64,000 bases of DNA from an uncultured Cytophagales bacterium. Lineage in GTDB: Bacteria > Bacteroidota > Bacteroidia > Cytophagales > Amoebophilaceae. The notes beneath the pieces were generated by a model. That model saw only the letters and a program-made list of their open reading frames with translations, was not told the origin of the DNA and made no database searches. Location of the stretch: NCBI GenBank assembly GCA_963705385.1, contig OY970075.1, positions 381,673 to 445,672 on the forward strand, given 5' to 3'. Shown in pieces: positions 28,912-38,183 of this stretch. Positions within the stretch are counted from its first letter, which is position 1. Each line of letters starts with the position of its first letter. The position numbers and the translations under genes were made by a program.

Positions 28912-29250
28912 GGCTATAAACGGCACTGGATGGTCGATGGACAGGGAGGGTTGGTATTACAGTGCATACCACCAGCGCTAATAGTCATGAAAGTAAGTGA
29001 CTACTAAGACTTTTAGAAAAGGTGGAGATCTAAGAGCAGGGACATTCTTTGAAGGCTAGAACAATTAGCAACACAACAGGCTAAACAGGGTGATCATATC
29101 AAGTAACGCTACGAATTTTCCAGACTCCTTACTATAGAAAAGGTCAGGCCAAGGCCTAAAATAGGTTTTAAAGTTCAATAACATTTGTTGGCTTGCTCAA
29201 CTGCGCAATGAGTCCAGGTCTGTAGGGTATCCCGCGATTGCAGTTGCCAT
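28912..29250 (+). pseudogene. remnant of an IS5/IS4-superfamily DDE transposase (C-terminal part) with multiple stops
   Basis: One frame reads GYKRHWMVDGQGGLVLQCIPPALIVMKVSDY*..., resembling the GYKRHxxVDxxGLxLxxxVTxANxHD block. A later segment, KIGFKVQ*HLLACSTAQ*VQVCRVSRD, resembles KGFxVLPKRWVVERTFAWLxxxRRLSKDYE. The match is weak and from memory only. Confidence 0.4.
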
Positions 29251-29322
29251 CTATTCTTTAGAATTCTTTGTTTGCTGCTTAAACTGGCAAGTGTGCTGTA
29301 TGGCACCACTTCCAAATGGATT

Positions 29323-29400
29323 GAGACCGTTGTAAAATGGGATAGCTAACTCCGTTTGTAGCTTGTAAACAAATATTTTTTAGAATTTTGCAACGGTTTC
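29323..29400 (+). mobile_element. 78-bp MITE-like element derived from the IS6-family IS (copy M1)
   Basis: The ends are GAGACCGTTGTAAAAT (29323-29338) and the reverse complement of 29385-29400, GAAACCGTTGCAAAAT. The subterminal GGGATAGCTAACT resembles the IS6 left subterminal GGGTATAGAGGCTAACT at 15832-15848. It is homologous over its whole length to the inverted copy at 36809-36885. Confidence 0.6.
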
Positions 29401-29462
29401 AAATTCAATGGTATAAGGAATGAACTATCAGATGACTAAATAGAACGAAATTATAGCGTGAG

Positions 29463-32297
29463 CTAATTTGCATCCAGCCAATTCTTACCTGTCTTTACAT
29501 CCACCTCAATGGGTACTGCTAAGGGCAGCGCCTCTTTCATCATATTGGGGATGTTTTCCTGTAGGAGGATTACTTCCTCCTTGTGGGCGTCAAAAACCAG
29601 TTCATCGTGTACTTGTAAAATCATACTAGAACGGAGTTTTTCCTTTTTCATCCATGTGTGGATACGAATCATGGCCAGCTTGATCATTTCTGCGGCACTG
29701 CCTTGGATAGGGGTATTAATGGCATTCCGTTCTGCAAAGCCGCGGAGCGCTGCATTCCTGGAGTTGATATCTCTGAGCCATTTTTTCCTACCAAGTAGTG
29801 TTGTGACATAGCCTTGGACCCTAGCTTTTTCAACCATTGCATCGATATAAGCCTTGATAGCAGAAAACTCTTCAAAGTAAGCCTGAATTAGGGCAGCAGC
29901 TTCTTTTCGGGGAATGTTGAGGCGCTGCGAAAGGCCAAAAGTAGAGATACCATAAATGATGCCGAAGTTGGCAGTCTTAGCCTTGCGCCGCATGTCTTGG
30001 TCTACAGCTTCTATGGGCACTTTAAAAAGTTGGCTAGCAGTAGCTTTGTGAATGTCTTTTCCTGCTTCAAAGGCGTTAATCATCGTTGGATCTTGAGCAA
30101 AAGAGGCCATAATACGTAGCTCTATTTGAGAATAATCTGCTGAAAGCAGGAGATGATCAGTGCTTTTGGGCATAAATGCTTTACGGATAGCCTTGCCTTT
30201 TTCAGTGCGGATAGGAATGTTTTGTAGGTTGGGATTTGTAGAGCTGAGTCTTCCAGTATAGGCTACAGCTTGGTTATAAGAAGTGTGAATCATGCCGTCT
30301 ATAGGACTAACCATCGTAGGCAGGGCAGCTACGTAGGTAGAATTAAGCTTTTGTAACTCTCGGTATTCAATAATTTTGGCCGTGATGGGATGCTCCCTAG
30401 CTAACTCCTGCAGCACTTCTTCACCAGTAGCGTATTGGCCTGACTTGGTCTTTTTAATGCTTTCAGTGAGCTTCAGTTTGTCAAATAGGATGTCGCCTAG
30501 CTGTTTAGGAGAAGCAAGGTTAAAAGATTCTCCTGCCAGGGTATAAATTTCATGTTCTAGCACTTGGCGCTCGTGAGCCATCTTTTCAGATAGCCTTGCT
30601 AGTACGTCTGTGTCTATTTTAACGCCATGGCGTTCCATAGCAGCAAGTACATTGACGAGCGGAAATTCTACTTCATAAAGGAGTTGCTCTAGCCCTTGCA
30701 CAGCAATTTCAGCTTTCAGCTTCTCTTGGAGCTGCAGCGTGATGTCAGCGTCTTCACCAGCGTATTCCTTAACCAATGCCACATCAACCTCTTTCATGTT
30801 TTTCTGAGACTTCCTTTGAGGACCTATTAAGGCTTCTATGGCAATTGGTGTATAGTGCAGATAACTTTCTGCTATCACTTTGATGTTATGGCGCATATCA
30901 GATTCAAGCAGGTAATGCGCTAGCATGGTGTCAAAGATGGGCTGGCTAACCTCTATGCCATACCGCTGCAGAACCCTGATGTCGTACTTAAGGTTTTGCC
31001 CAATTTTACAAATCTCTTTGCTTTCTAGTACTCCTTGGAAGGCTTGTACAACTGTTTTGGCTGCTTCATGGTCTTCAGGGAGAGGTACATAGTAAGCTTC
31101 ACCAGGGTAGTACGCAAAGGCAATGCCCAGCAGGGCTGCTTCATGGGGGACAAGGCTAGTAGTTTCTGTGTCGAAACAAAATGCATCTTGTAGAGATAAG
31201 TATTGGATTAACTCTTGCTGCAGTGCAGGCGTATCAATGAGATGGTACTGATGCTTTGTGATGTAGAGGTTAGCTAAGGGAGAAGTGATAACTTTGGGGG
31301 GCATCTCCTCTGACACAGGAGCTTGATGCAACGCTTCAAACAGAGAAGCTTGGATAGTAGGATGCTGCTTAGTAGGGGTTGTTTCTTTGCCAAAGAGCCT
31401 TTGCGTCAGCGTGCGGAACTCTAATTCTTGAAAAAGGGCTTTGAGTTGTGCCTCGTTAGGCCCTTGGTAGCAACTGTGTTCTAGATCAAAGGAGAGCGGT
31501 ACATTGGTGTGGATAGTAGCCAGCTGTTTAGAAATGATACCTTGTTGACCGTAAGTGGCCACGTTTTCCCGCAGCTTTCCTTTGAGCTGGTGGGCATTGG
31601 CTACCAGATTCTCCACTGAACCAAAGGCCTGAATCAGCTTTTTGGCAGTTTTTTCTCCAATACTAGGGATCCCAGGAATGTTGTCTATAGCATCACCTTG
31701 CAGGCCAAGGATATCTCTGACTTGGTCTACATGTTCGATTTCCCACTTGGCCAATACTTCTTCCTTCCCAAGCACATCAACACTGTTACCTAGAAAAGCA
31801 GGTTTGTAAAGGTAGACGTGGTCAGCTACAAGCTGGGAAAAGTCTTTGTCAAGGCTCATCATGTACACCTCAAAGTGCCCCTGAGCTGCTTGTCTTGCCA
31901 AGGTTCCAATGAGGTCATCGGCCTCGTAGCCTTCTTTTTCTACAATGGGTATCTGCAAGGCTTGTACGATCTTCTTGACATAGGGGATAGCCAAGGTAAT
32001 GTCCTCAGGCTGAGCAGCGCGATGTATTTTATAGGCTTCAAAGGCTCGGTGTCTGAAAGTAGGGCTACTATGGTCAAAGGCGACAACAACATGGGTAGGG
32101 TTTTCTTTCTTGATAACTCCTAGTAATGCATTGGTAAATCCCAGTATAGCACCTGTGTTTATCCCCTTGGAGTTGATCATTGGGTTTTTGCTAAAGGCAA
32201 AGTGTGCCCGATAGATGAGTGCCATAGCATCGACCAAAAAGAGCTTATTTCTGGAGGTATTATTGATCATAAGATGAGAAAACGTTGACTTGGACAA
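29463..32297 (-). CDS. polA: DNA polymerase I
   Basis: 944 aa. It has a 5'-3' exonuclease N-terminus (LFLVDAMALIYRAHFA), a 3'-5' exonuclease region, and polymerase motifs (DYSQIELRIMA, QVHDELVF). Confidence 0.95.
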   Translation of the reverse strand: MSKSTFSHLMINNTSRNKLFLVDAMALIYRAHFAFSKNPMINSKGINTGAILGFTNALLGVIKKENPTHVVVAFDHSSPTFRHRAFEAYKIHRAAQPEDITLAIPYVKKIVQALQIPIVEKEGYEADDLIGTLARQAAQGHFEVYMMSLDKDFSQLVADHVYLYKPAFLGNSVDVLGKEEVLAKWEIEHVDQVRDILGLQGDAIDNIPGIPSIGEKTAKKLIQAFGSVENLVANAHQLKGKLRENVATYGQQGIISKQLATIHTNVPLSFDLEHSCYQGPNEAQLKALFQELEFRTLTQRLFGKETTPTKQHPTIQASLFEALHQAPVSEEMPPKVITSPLANLYITKHQYHLIDTPALQQELIQYLSLQDAFCFDTETTSLVPHEAALLGIAFAYYPGEAYYVPLPEDHEAAKTVVQAFQGVLESKEICKIGQNLKYDIRVLQRYGIEVSQPIFDTMLAHYLLESDMRHNIKVIAESYLHYTPIAIEALIGPQRKSQKNMKEVDVALVKEYAGEDADITLQLQEKLKAEIAVQGLEQLLYEVEFPLVNVLAAMERHGVKIDTDVLARLSEKMAHERQVLEHEIYTLAGESFNLASPKQLGDILFDKLKLTESIKKTKSGQYATGEEVLQELAREHPITAKIIEYRELQKLNSTYVAALPTMVSPIDGMIHTSYNQAVAYTGRLSSTNPNLQNIPIRTEKGKAIRKAFMPKSTDHLLLSADYSQIELRIMASFAQDPTMINAFEAGKDIHKATASQLFKVPIEAVDQDMRRKAKTANFGIIYGISTFGLSQRLNIPRKEAAALIQAYFEEFSAIKAYIDAMVEKARVQGYVTTLLGRKKWLRDINSRNAALRGFAERNAINTPIQGSAAEMIKLAMIRIHTWMKKEKLRSSMILQVHDELVFDAHKEEVILLQENIPNMMKEALPLAVPIEVDVKTGKNWLDAN

Positions 32298-32484
32298 TTG
32301 CTGCTAACCTAGGCTACACATGCCAAGCCGTATTATACAAGTATTAATTGAATCACGGTTTGATTCAAAGAGTTGAAAACACTTTTTCTTTCTTAAGTAT
32401 GTTTTTAATGGGAGGACAAGACGGATGAGGGTGGGGTAACCCTTAGCTCTTCAAGCTTTTTTTATGGGCTTACAATACGTCCCC

Positions 32485-32929
32485 CTAACTGGAAAACCTT
32501 AGCAAGGGATATATTAGCGATTGGATCTGTGTAAGCCTCTTAGCAATAACTTTCCAACCTTCACTCCTAATGAGCTCGATGAGATCTTCTATGTAGCGTG
32601 CAGCCAGATCATTTGCATGCAATACTAAAATGTATTTTACCTTTCTTCCCAAGACCTGGTACACCATTTGTTCACAGAATTCTATACAGTCCCATAAAAT
32701 TTTAACATACAACGCTTTTAGTTTCTCATAGGCTATTTTTCTCCCCTTTTTCACGGCTTGGATTAACTAAATAGTTGCTATGGTAGTCGTAGTTGCTTAC
32801 GGTGATGTAACCCTCTTTATAACCCATAGTTGTTAAGGATTGTAAGACCTCTTGCCTTTGCTGCAGGTTGTCACCTTTGTATAGGTAAGGAAATCGAAAT
32901 AAGGGCTGAAAATTAGGCAACTCACTCAA
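32485..32929 (-). pseudogene. polysaccharide deacetylase family gene, C-terminal fragments only (frameshifted, N-terminal half missing)
   Basis: ORFs 32726-32929 (FRFPYLYKGDNLQQRQEVLQSL..GY..GYITV) and 32485-32754 (KYILVLHANDLAARYIEDLIELIRSEGWKVI) match consecutive C-terminal blocks of this family in two frames. No catalytic NodB N-terminal half is found upstream. Confidence 0.55.
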
Positions 32930-33360
32930 ATGTTGATGGTTTTTTCTAAATTAACAAAAGATTTTTTCAAGCAGTTATTCACCCAGTTCTTTTCTAAAAA
33001 GACCTTTGGGACAAGCTATTTTTACTATTTTTTACTATTTTTAGCATGCTGAAAAGCTCTGCTCATCATTTAGTTGTGCTTCCATGAAAAGCCTTTTCCT
33101 TGCTAGGAAAGATGACCTAGTACACCTGGAAAAACTAGGAGCTAGCTTTGTTGGGAAGGAAGAAACACTTATTTGGACTAAGCCGTATTGCTCAAAAAGG
33201 GGGGTGTAAACGCCCTAAAAAATTTAGGAACTTGGAGCGCAACCTCCAAGTAAGTGTCTTCCAAGGATGCATGAAAGCATTGCTGTGTTTCACACATACT
33301 GTCTTATTCTTTACTTTTGATACGTTTGATACGTTGTTTTTTATTTAATACTGCTTTCCA

Positions 33361-36300
33361 TTGCAAGTAGAAGAATTCATAGCCCTATACGAACAGGATG
33401 GGTGGGTAGGTGCATTGGCCGAGAGGCTATGCTCTGTCTCTAGTAAGTGTTTACAGATCAAAGGGCTTACGGGTAGTGTAGATGCTGTGTTAGCTGCTGC
33501 CGTTTACAAGCATAACCCTTCTGTTACACAGCTATTCATTTTACATGACAAAGAAGAGGCTGCCTACTTTTACAGTGACCTACAAAACCTTCTTGGCCAG
33601 GAAATAGTACGCTTATATCCTGCCTCTCCCAACCAACCTTATGCAGCTGAATCCATCAGCAATGGTGACCAACTGATGCGTACAGAGACTTTGCACCGTA
33701 TTTGCCAGCCCGATAGCCAGGGTATACTGATTGTTACCTATCCAGTAGCCCTTACTGAAAAAGTGATCCCAAAGGAAGAGTTGATAAAAAGCACGCGGAC
33801 GATCCAAATAGGCGAGGAGCTCATTACCTCCTGCCTAGTAGCTCAACTCACTGAGCAGGGCTTTGAAAAAACAGACTTTGTCTACGAAGCAGGTCAGTTT
33901 GCTATTCGAGGAGGTATTATAGACCTCTTTTCCTATGCCTATCAGCTTCCTTTTCGATTAGAACTAGAGGGTAATGCAGTAGAAAGCATCCGCACCTTTG
34001 ATCCTGTGAGCCAGCGCTCTTTGGAGCCGGTAGGTCAGGCAGTTGTTTTGCCCAACTTCAAAGGAAAAACCATAGCGTTAGCCTACCAGTCGCTGTTGAG
34101 CTGCTTGCCTGTTGCTACACCAGTGTGGATCAAGGATTATGAGATGGTGCTGGCTACTATTGAAAAAGACTATGCGCAAGCCACTGCTACTTTTCATGAG
34201 AAAGCCACTGAAAGTGGCATAGGCAAAGCCTTACGCCCTCCAGAGATGTTATGGGAAACCCCAGAAAGCTGGTCCCAGGCCCTACAAAGGTTGACTACCA
34301 TAGAGTTCGGTACTCGGTTTTATTGTAAGCCAGATGAAGTACTTAGGTACGAATCCTCGGCACAGCCCTCTTTTAACCAGGACTTTGCACTGTTGGCCGA
34401 AAGCCTACATCAAAACCAAGCCAAGGGCTTGGAAAATATCCTCATAGCAGAATCAGAAGAACAGTTTGAACGCCTTAAGACTATATTTGCAGAGCCAGAG
34501 CAGGCAGTCAGATTTAGCACCTTGCAGCTAGGCCTGCGCCAGGGCTATGTGGATTACCAGGTAGGGATCGCTTGTTACACCGATCATCAGCTTTTTGATC
34601 GTTACTATCGCTACAAGATCCCCAAGCGTTATTCCACAACCAAGGCTATCACGCTCAGGGAATTGCAAACTTTACAGCCAGGAGACTACGTCGTACACCT
34701 TGACTATGGTATTGGGCGCTTTACTGGACTAAGCAAGTTAGAAGTAAATGGCAAGCAGCAAGAAGTACTTCGTTTGGTTTACAAGGACGATGCCCTTGTT
34801 TATGTCAGCCTTCAATCGCTACACAAAATCTCAAAATATACAGGCAAAGAAGGTGAAATACCTGCCATCACCAAACTAGGGTCGTCGACGTGGGATCAGA
34901 AAAAGAAAAGGGTCAAAGCAAGAGTCAAAAATATTGCCAAAGAGCTTATTCATCTTTATAGCAAAAGAAAGCAAGTACCAGGGTTTGCTTTCAGCCACGA
35001 CAGCTTTTTACAAGCTGAATTAGAGTCTTCTTTTATCTATGAAGATACTCCTGACCAAGCTGCTGCTACAGCTGCAGTGAAAAAGGACATGGAGATCCCC
35101 CATCCTATGGATCGATTGGTCTGCGGCGATGTGGGCTTTGGAAAAACTGAGGTGGCCATTCGAGCTGCGTTCAAGGCAGTCAACGACGGTAAGCAAGTGG
35201 CTGTGCTTGTCCCTACGACAATCTTGGCTTTGCAACATTACAACTCTTTCTGCGCTAGGCTGAAGCATTTTAATGTCAAGCTCGCCTACATCAACCGCTT
35301 TAAGACAGCCAAAGAGATCAAAGAAACTTTAGCAGCAACTGCAGCAGGTGAGGTCAACGTCCTCATTGGCACCCACAGCATCCTCAATAAATCCGTCCAG
35401 TTTCATGACCTTGGTTTGTTGATCGTAGACGAGGAGCAAAGATTCGGTGTCAAAGCCAAAGAGCAGCTCAAGCAACTCAAACTCAATGTAGATGTACTCA
35501 CCCTAACAGCTACACCCATTCCAAGGACACTGCACTTCTCGCTCATGGGTGCTAAAGACTTGAGCGTTATCACGACGCCACCATCCAACAGACAGCCTGT
35601 GGAGACTTTAGTCCACACTTTTGATCAAGAGGTTATCAAAAATGCTATTCACTACGAGCTTCAAAGAGGAGGGCAGGTATTCTTTGTACACAATAGGGTA
35701 GCCAACATCGAAGAGGTAGCCCATACGGTTTGCAAGCTTGTTCCTGAATGTCGGGTTAGCGTGGCCCACGGCCAAATGAAAGGCGTTCAATTAGAACAAA
35801 GAATGCTCCAATTTATACAAGGAGAATACGATGTCTTGGTTGCTACGAGTATTGTTGAATCTGGGCTGGATATCCCTAATGCCAACACAATCATTATCAA
35901 TGACAGCCACCTATTTGGCCTTTCAGACCTACATCAGCTGCGGGGTAGGGTAGGACGCTCCAATAAAAAGGCTTTTTGCTACCTTTTGGCTCCTCCCACC
36001 TCGACCTTGACTGCAGAGGCGCGCAGAAGAATCCGTTCCTTGGAGGAATTTTCAGACCTAGGCGATGGCTTCAAAGTAGCCATGCGTGATCTAGACATCC
36101 GCGGAGCAGGCGACTTGCTAGGAGCAGAGCAAAGTGGCTTTATTGCCGAAGTTGGCTTTGATACTTATTGCAAAATCCTTGACGAAGCAGTGATGGAATT
36201 GAAAGAGAAAGAATTTAAGGAGTTGTTTGAAGAAGATGTAAAAGCAAAAGTAGCAACCTTAGAGTGCATCCTTGAGACTGACCTTGAAATCTTAATTCCA

Positions 36301-36738
36301 GATACCTACATCAGCAATGTATCTGAGCGGATCCAACTTTATGCCAAGCTGGATAGGTTGCAAGATGAAGCTGAGCTACAAGCCTTTCAAAGCGAACTTA
36401 AAGACCGTTTTGGCCCTCTGCCCCAGCCTGTGCTAGCACTCGTCGAGCTGGTTAAACTGCGTTGGATAGCTCAAGAATTAGGAATAATCAAGGTGAAGTT
36501 GAAAAGTGGGGCTATACGATGCTATTTTACTCCTACAGCCTATCCACAGCAGGCACAAACTTTAGAACGCGTGCTCGTTTATGTACAGCAACATCCGCAC
36601 ACTTGCTGCCTGAGAGAGGTAAAAGGTCAGTTGCTGTTGATGATCGACCACGTAGAAGGGGTTGAACAGGCCCAGAAAATTCTTCAAGCATTACAAACAA
36701 GGGAAGGAGAGAAAAGTGCCTTGCTGCTAGCCCGCTAA
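33361..36738 (+). CDS. mfd: transcription-repair coupling factor
   Basis: 1125 aa. It has a UvrB-homology N-terminus, a CarD-like segment (GDYVVHLDYGIGRF), helicase motifs (GDVGFGKTEVA, DEEQRFGV) and a TRG motif region. The start is a TTG per the track. Confidence 0.95.
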   Translation: MQVEEFIALYEQDGWVGALAERLCSVSSKCLQIKGLTGSVDAVLAAAVYKHNPSVTQLFILHDKEEAAYFYSDLQNLLGQEIVRLYPASPNQPYAAESISNGDQLMRTETLHRICQPDSQGILIVTYPVALTEKVIPKEELIKSTRTIQIGEELITSCLVAQLTEQGFEKTDFVYEAGQFAIRGGIIDLFSYAYQLPFRLELEGNAVESIRTFDPVSQRSLEPVGQAVVLPNFKGKTIALAYQSLLSCLPVATPVWIKDYEMVLATIEKDYAQATATFHEKATESGIGKALRPPEMLWETPESWSQALQRLTTIEFGTRFYCKPDEVLRYESSAQPSFNQDFALLAESLHQNQAKGLENILIAESEEQFERLKTIFAEPEQAVRFSTLQLGLRQGYVDYQVGIACYTDHQLFDRYYRYKIPKRYSTTKAITLRELQTLQPGDYVVHLDYGIGRFTGLSKLEVNGKQQEVLRLVYKDDALVYVSLQSLHKISKYTGKEGEIPAITKLGSSTWDQKKKRVKARVKNIAKELIHLYSKRKQVPGFAFSHDSFLQAELESSFIYEDTPDQAAATAAVKKDMEIPHPMDRLVCGDVGFGKTEVAIRAAFKAVNDGKQVAVLVPTTILALQHYNSFCARLKHFNVKLAYINRFKTAKEIKETLAATAAGEVNVLIGTHSILNKSVQFHDLGLLIVDEEQRFGVKAKEQLKQLKLNVDVLTLTATPIPRTLHFSLMGAKDLSVITTPPSNRQPVETLVHTFDQEVIKNAIHYELQRGGQVFFVHNRVANIEEVAHTVCKLVPECRVSVAHGQMKGVQLEQRMLQFIQGEYDVLVATSIVESGLDIPNANTIIINDSHLFGLSDLHQLRGRVGRSNKKAFCYLLAPPTSTLTAEARRRIRSLEEFSDLGDGFKVAMRDLDIRGAGDLLGAEQSGFIAEVGFDTYCKILDEAVMELKEKEFKELFEEDVKAKVATLECILETDLEILIPDTYISNVSERIQLYAKLDRLQDEAELQAFQSELKDRFGPLPQPVLALVELVKLRWIAQELGIIKVKLKSGAIRCYFTPTAYPQQAQTLERVLVYVQQHPHTCCLREVKGQLLLMIDHVEGVEQAQKILQALQTREGEKSALLLAR

Positions 36739-36808
36739 CCTACCCAAATCAACCAATAAGCAGGTTATTCAGGCACTAAACTGTCCAATAAATCAGGGGA
36801 TAGGTTAT

Positions 36809-36885
36809 GGGACTGTTGCAAAACTCAAGAAAATACACGTTTAAAAGCTATAAAGGGAGCTAAAACTTAATTTTGCAACGGTCTT
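36809..36885 (-). mobile_element. 77-bp MITE-like element derived from the IS6-family IS (copy M2, inverted relative to M1)
   Basis: The ends are GGGACTGTTGCAAAAC (36809-36824) and the reverse complement of 36870-36885, AAGACCGTTGCAAAAT. The interior aligns with M1 when reverse-complemented (TAGCT..CC.TTT.TAGCTT.TAAAC...TATTTT). It is flanked by GTTAT on both sides (36804-36808 and 36886-36890). Confidence 0.6.
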
Positions 36886-37268
36886 GTTATACCCCCGGCA
36901 TGAAGAGGGTGGATAATTTCGCTCATCACCAGGGCCTTCTTCCATCCACTATACCGACTTAGTATGCGGTCTATCTTCTTTGGTTGCGTAGTCTGGTTGA
37001 CAGAAAAAGAGTAGGGTAATCTGATATTTTGTCCAGGATGAGCAGCTTGGATAGCTGTCTCCGTAATAGGAGCGTGTGTTGGGGGATGGCTTACCTGAAG
37101 CGCTTTGGCTTTTGAGGTTTGGCTTTCCCAGCTATCTGTGGTAGACGCTGGTGCCGCAGTAGCCTCTTCCAGAGTAGGTTTTTGATAACCTTTACTACCT
37201 ATCTTTCTTAAGGCATACCAAATGATTGCTCCAACGAGGTAAAATATTTTGTCAAATTGGTCTTCCAT
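36867..37268 (-). CDS. hypothetical protein with an N-terminal TM helix; the 3' end is encoded by the MITE-like element
   Basis: 133 aa with one N-terminal hydrophobic segment and a Pro/Thr/Ala-rich middle. The last codons (..ITRPLQN*) lie within the M2 terminal repeat. I recognise no family. Confidence 0.4.
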   Translation of the reverse strand: MEDQFDKIFYLVGAIIWYALRKIGSKGYQKPTLEEATAAPASTTDSWESQTSKAKALQVSHPPTHAPITETAIQAAHPGQNIRLPYSFSVNQTTQPKKIDRILSRYSGWKKALVMSEIIHPLHAGGITRPLQN

Positions 37269-37345
37269 GAGCTTTAGATCAAAGTATTAGCACTGTTATC
37301 TGAGCAAATTTTTACACTATAGCGTAATTAGAAAAGCCATAGCTG

Positions 37346-38023
37346 TTATCGCCTGTCTCTGTTTTGAGATGAGATAAAGATTAGATGGAGTAGCTGTGCC
37401 AAAGAACCAATAGCCGCCACCACATAGGTCATGGCTGCCCACCATAAGGCATCTTGAGCCATTTTATGTCCTTGTGTACTTACTAACCGCTGCTCATTGA
37501 GCCAACCCAAGGCTTTCTGGCTAGCATCGAACTCCACAGGCAGTGTGATCAAGGTAAACAAAGTAGTGAGTGAAAATAGCGCAATTCCTATTTTTAAAGG
37601 AAGGGCAGTGACCTCAATAACAGCGATACCTAACAGAATAATCCAAGGCATAAAGCGGGCTGCAGCTGAAATAGCAGGTACCATTGCAGAACGGAGACGT
37701 AGGAAAGCATATCCTCGTGCATGCTGCACGGCATGACCACATTCGTGCGCTGCTATGGCTGCTGCTGCTACATTTTTTCCGTAATAAACTTGCTCGCTTA
37801 GGTTCACTGTCTTAGTGAGAGGGTTATAGTGGTCGGTGAGGTGCCCCTTAGTACAAGAGATTTGTACATCATCAATACCGTGTTCGTGCAGCATTTTCGC
37901 TGCTATTTCAGCACCTAATAGATCCAAGCCAAGCTTGGCTTTTGAGTACCGAATAAACTTGCTTCTTAACCTCTGGCCAACCACCAGGCTCATGATGAGG
38001 AGGATAAATCCGATTGTTCCCAT
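37346..38023 (-). CDS. membrane zinc metallopeptidase (Zn_peptidase_2 / YpfJ-unrelated neutral zinc metallopeptidase family)
   Basis: 225 aa with an N-terminal TM helix, the HECGHAVQH zinc motif, and C-terminal TM helices. This is the typical architecture of the PF04298-type family. Confidence 0.85.
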   Translation of the reverse strand: MGTIGFILLIMSLVVGQRLRSKFIRYSKAKLGLDLLGAEIAAKMLHEHGIDDVQISCTKGHLTDHYNPLTKTVNLSEQVYYGKNVAAAAIAAHECGHAVQHARGYAFLRLRSAMVPAISAAARFMPWIILLGIAVIEVTALPLKIGIALFSLTTLFTLITLPVEFDASQKALGWLNEQRLVSTQGHKMAQDALWWAAMTYVVAAIGSLAQLLHLIFISSQNRDRR

Positions 38024-38183
38024 ATTTTATTGATGTTAAAGCTATGCTATTTCCCTCTCGTAGTATAAGCGGTATAAGGATTTTTACCATGGGGGATTTT
38101 ATAGCATCCTAAGCAGGCTTTATGCTTACTTCTGACAACTGTAATAACGTAAACCCTTTGCCTTATATCAAAAACTTGGCCAG

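Noticed and set aside
33017-33350. Short tandem duplications (TTTTTACTATT x2 at ~33021-33045 and TTTGATACG x2 at ~33322-33340) upstream of mfd
   Set aside because: These are real but tiny slippage-type duplications in an AT-rich spacer. There is no evidence of function.
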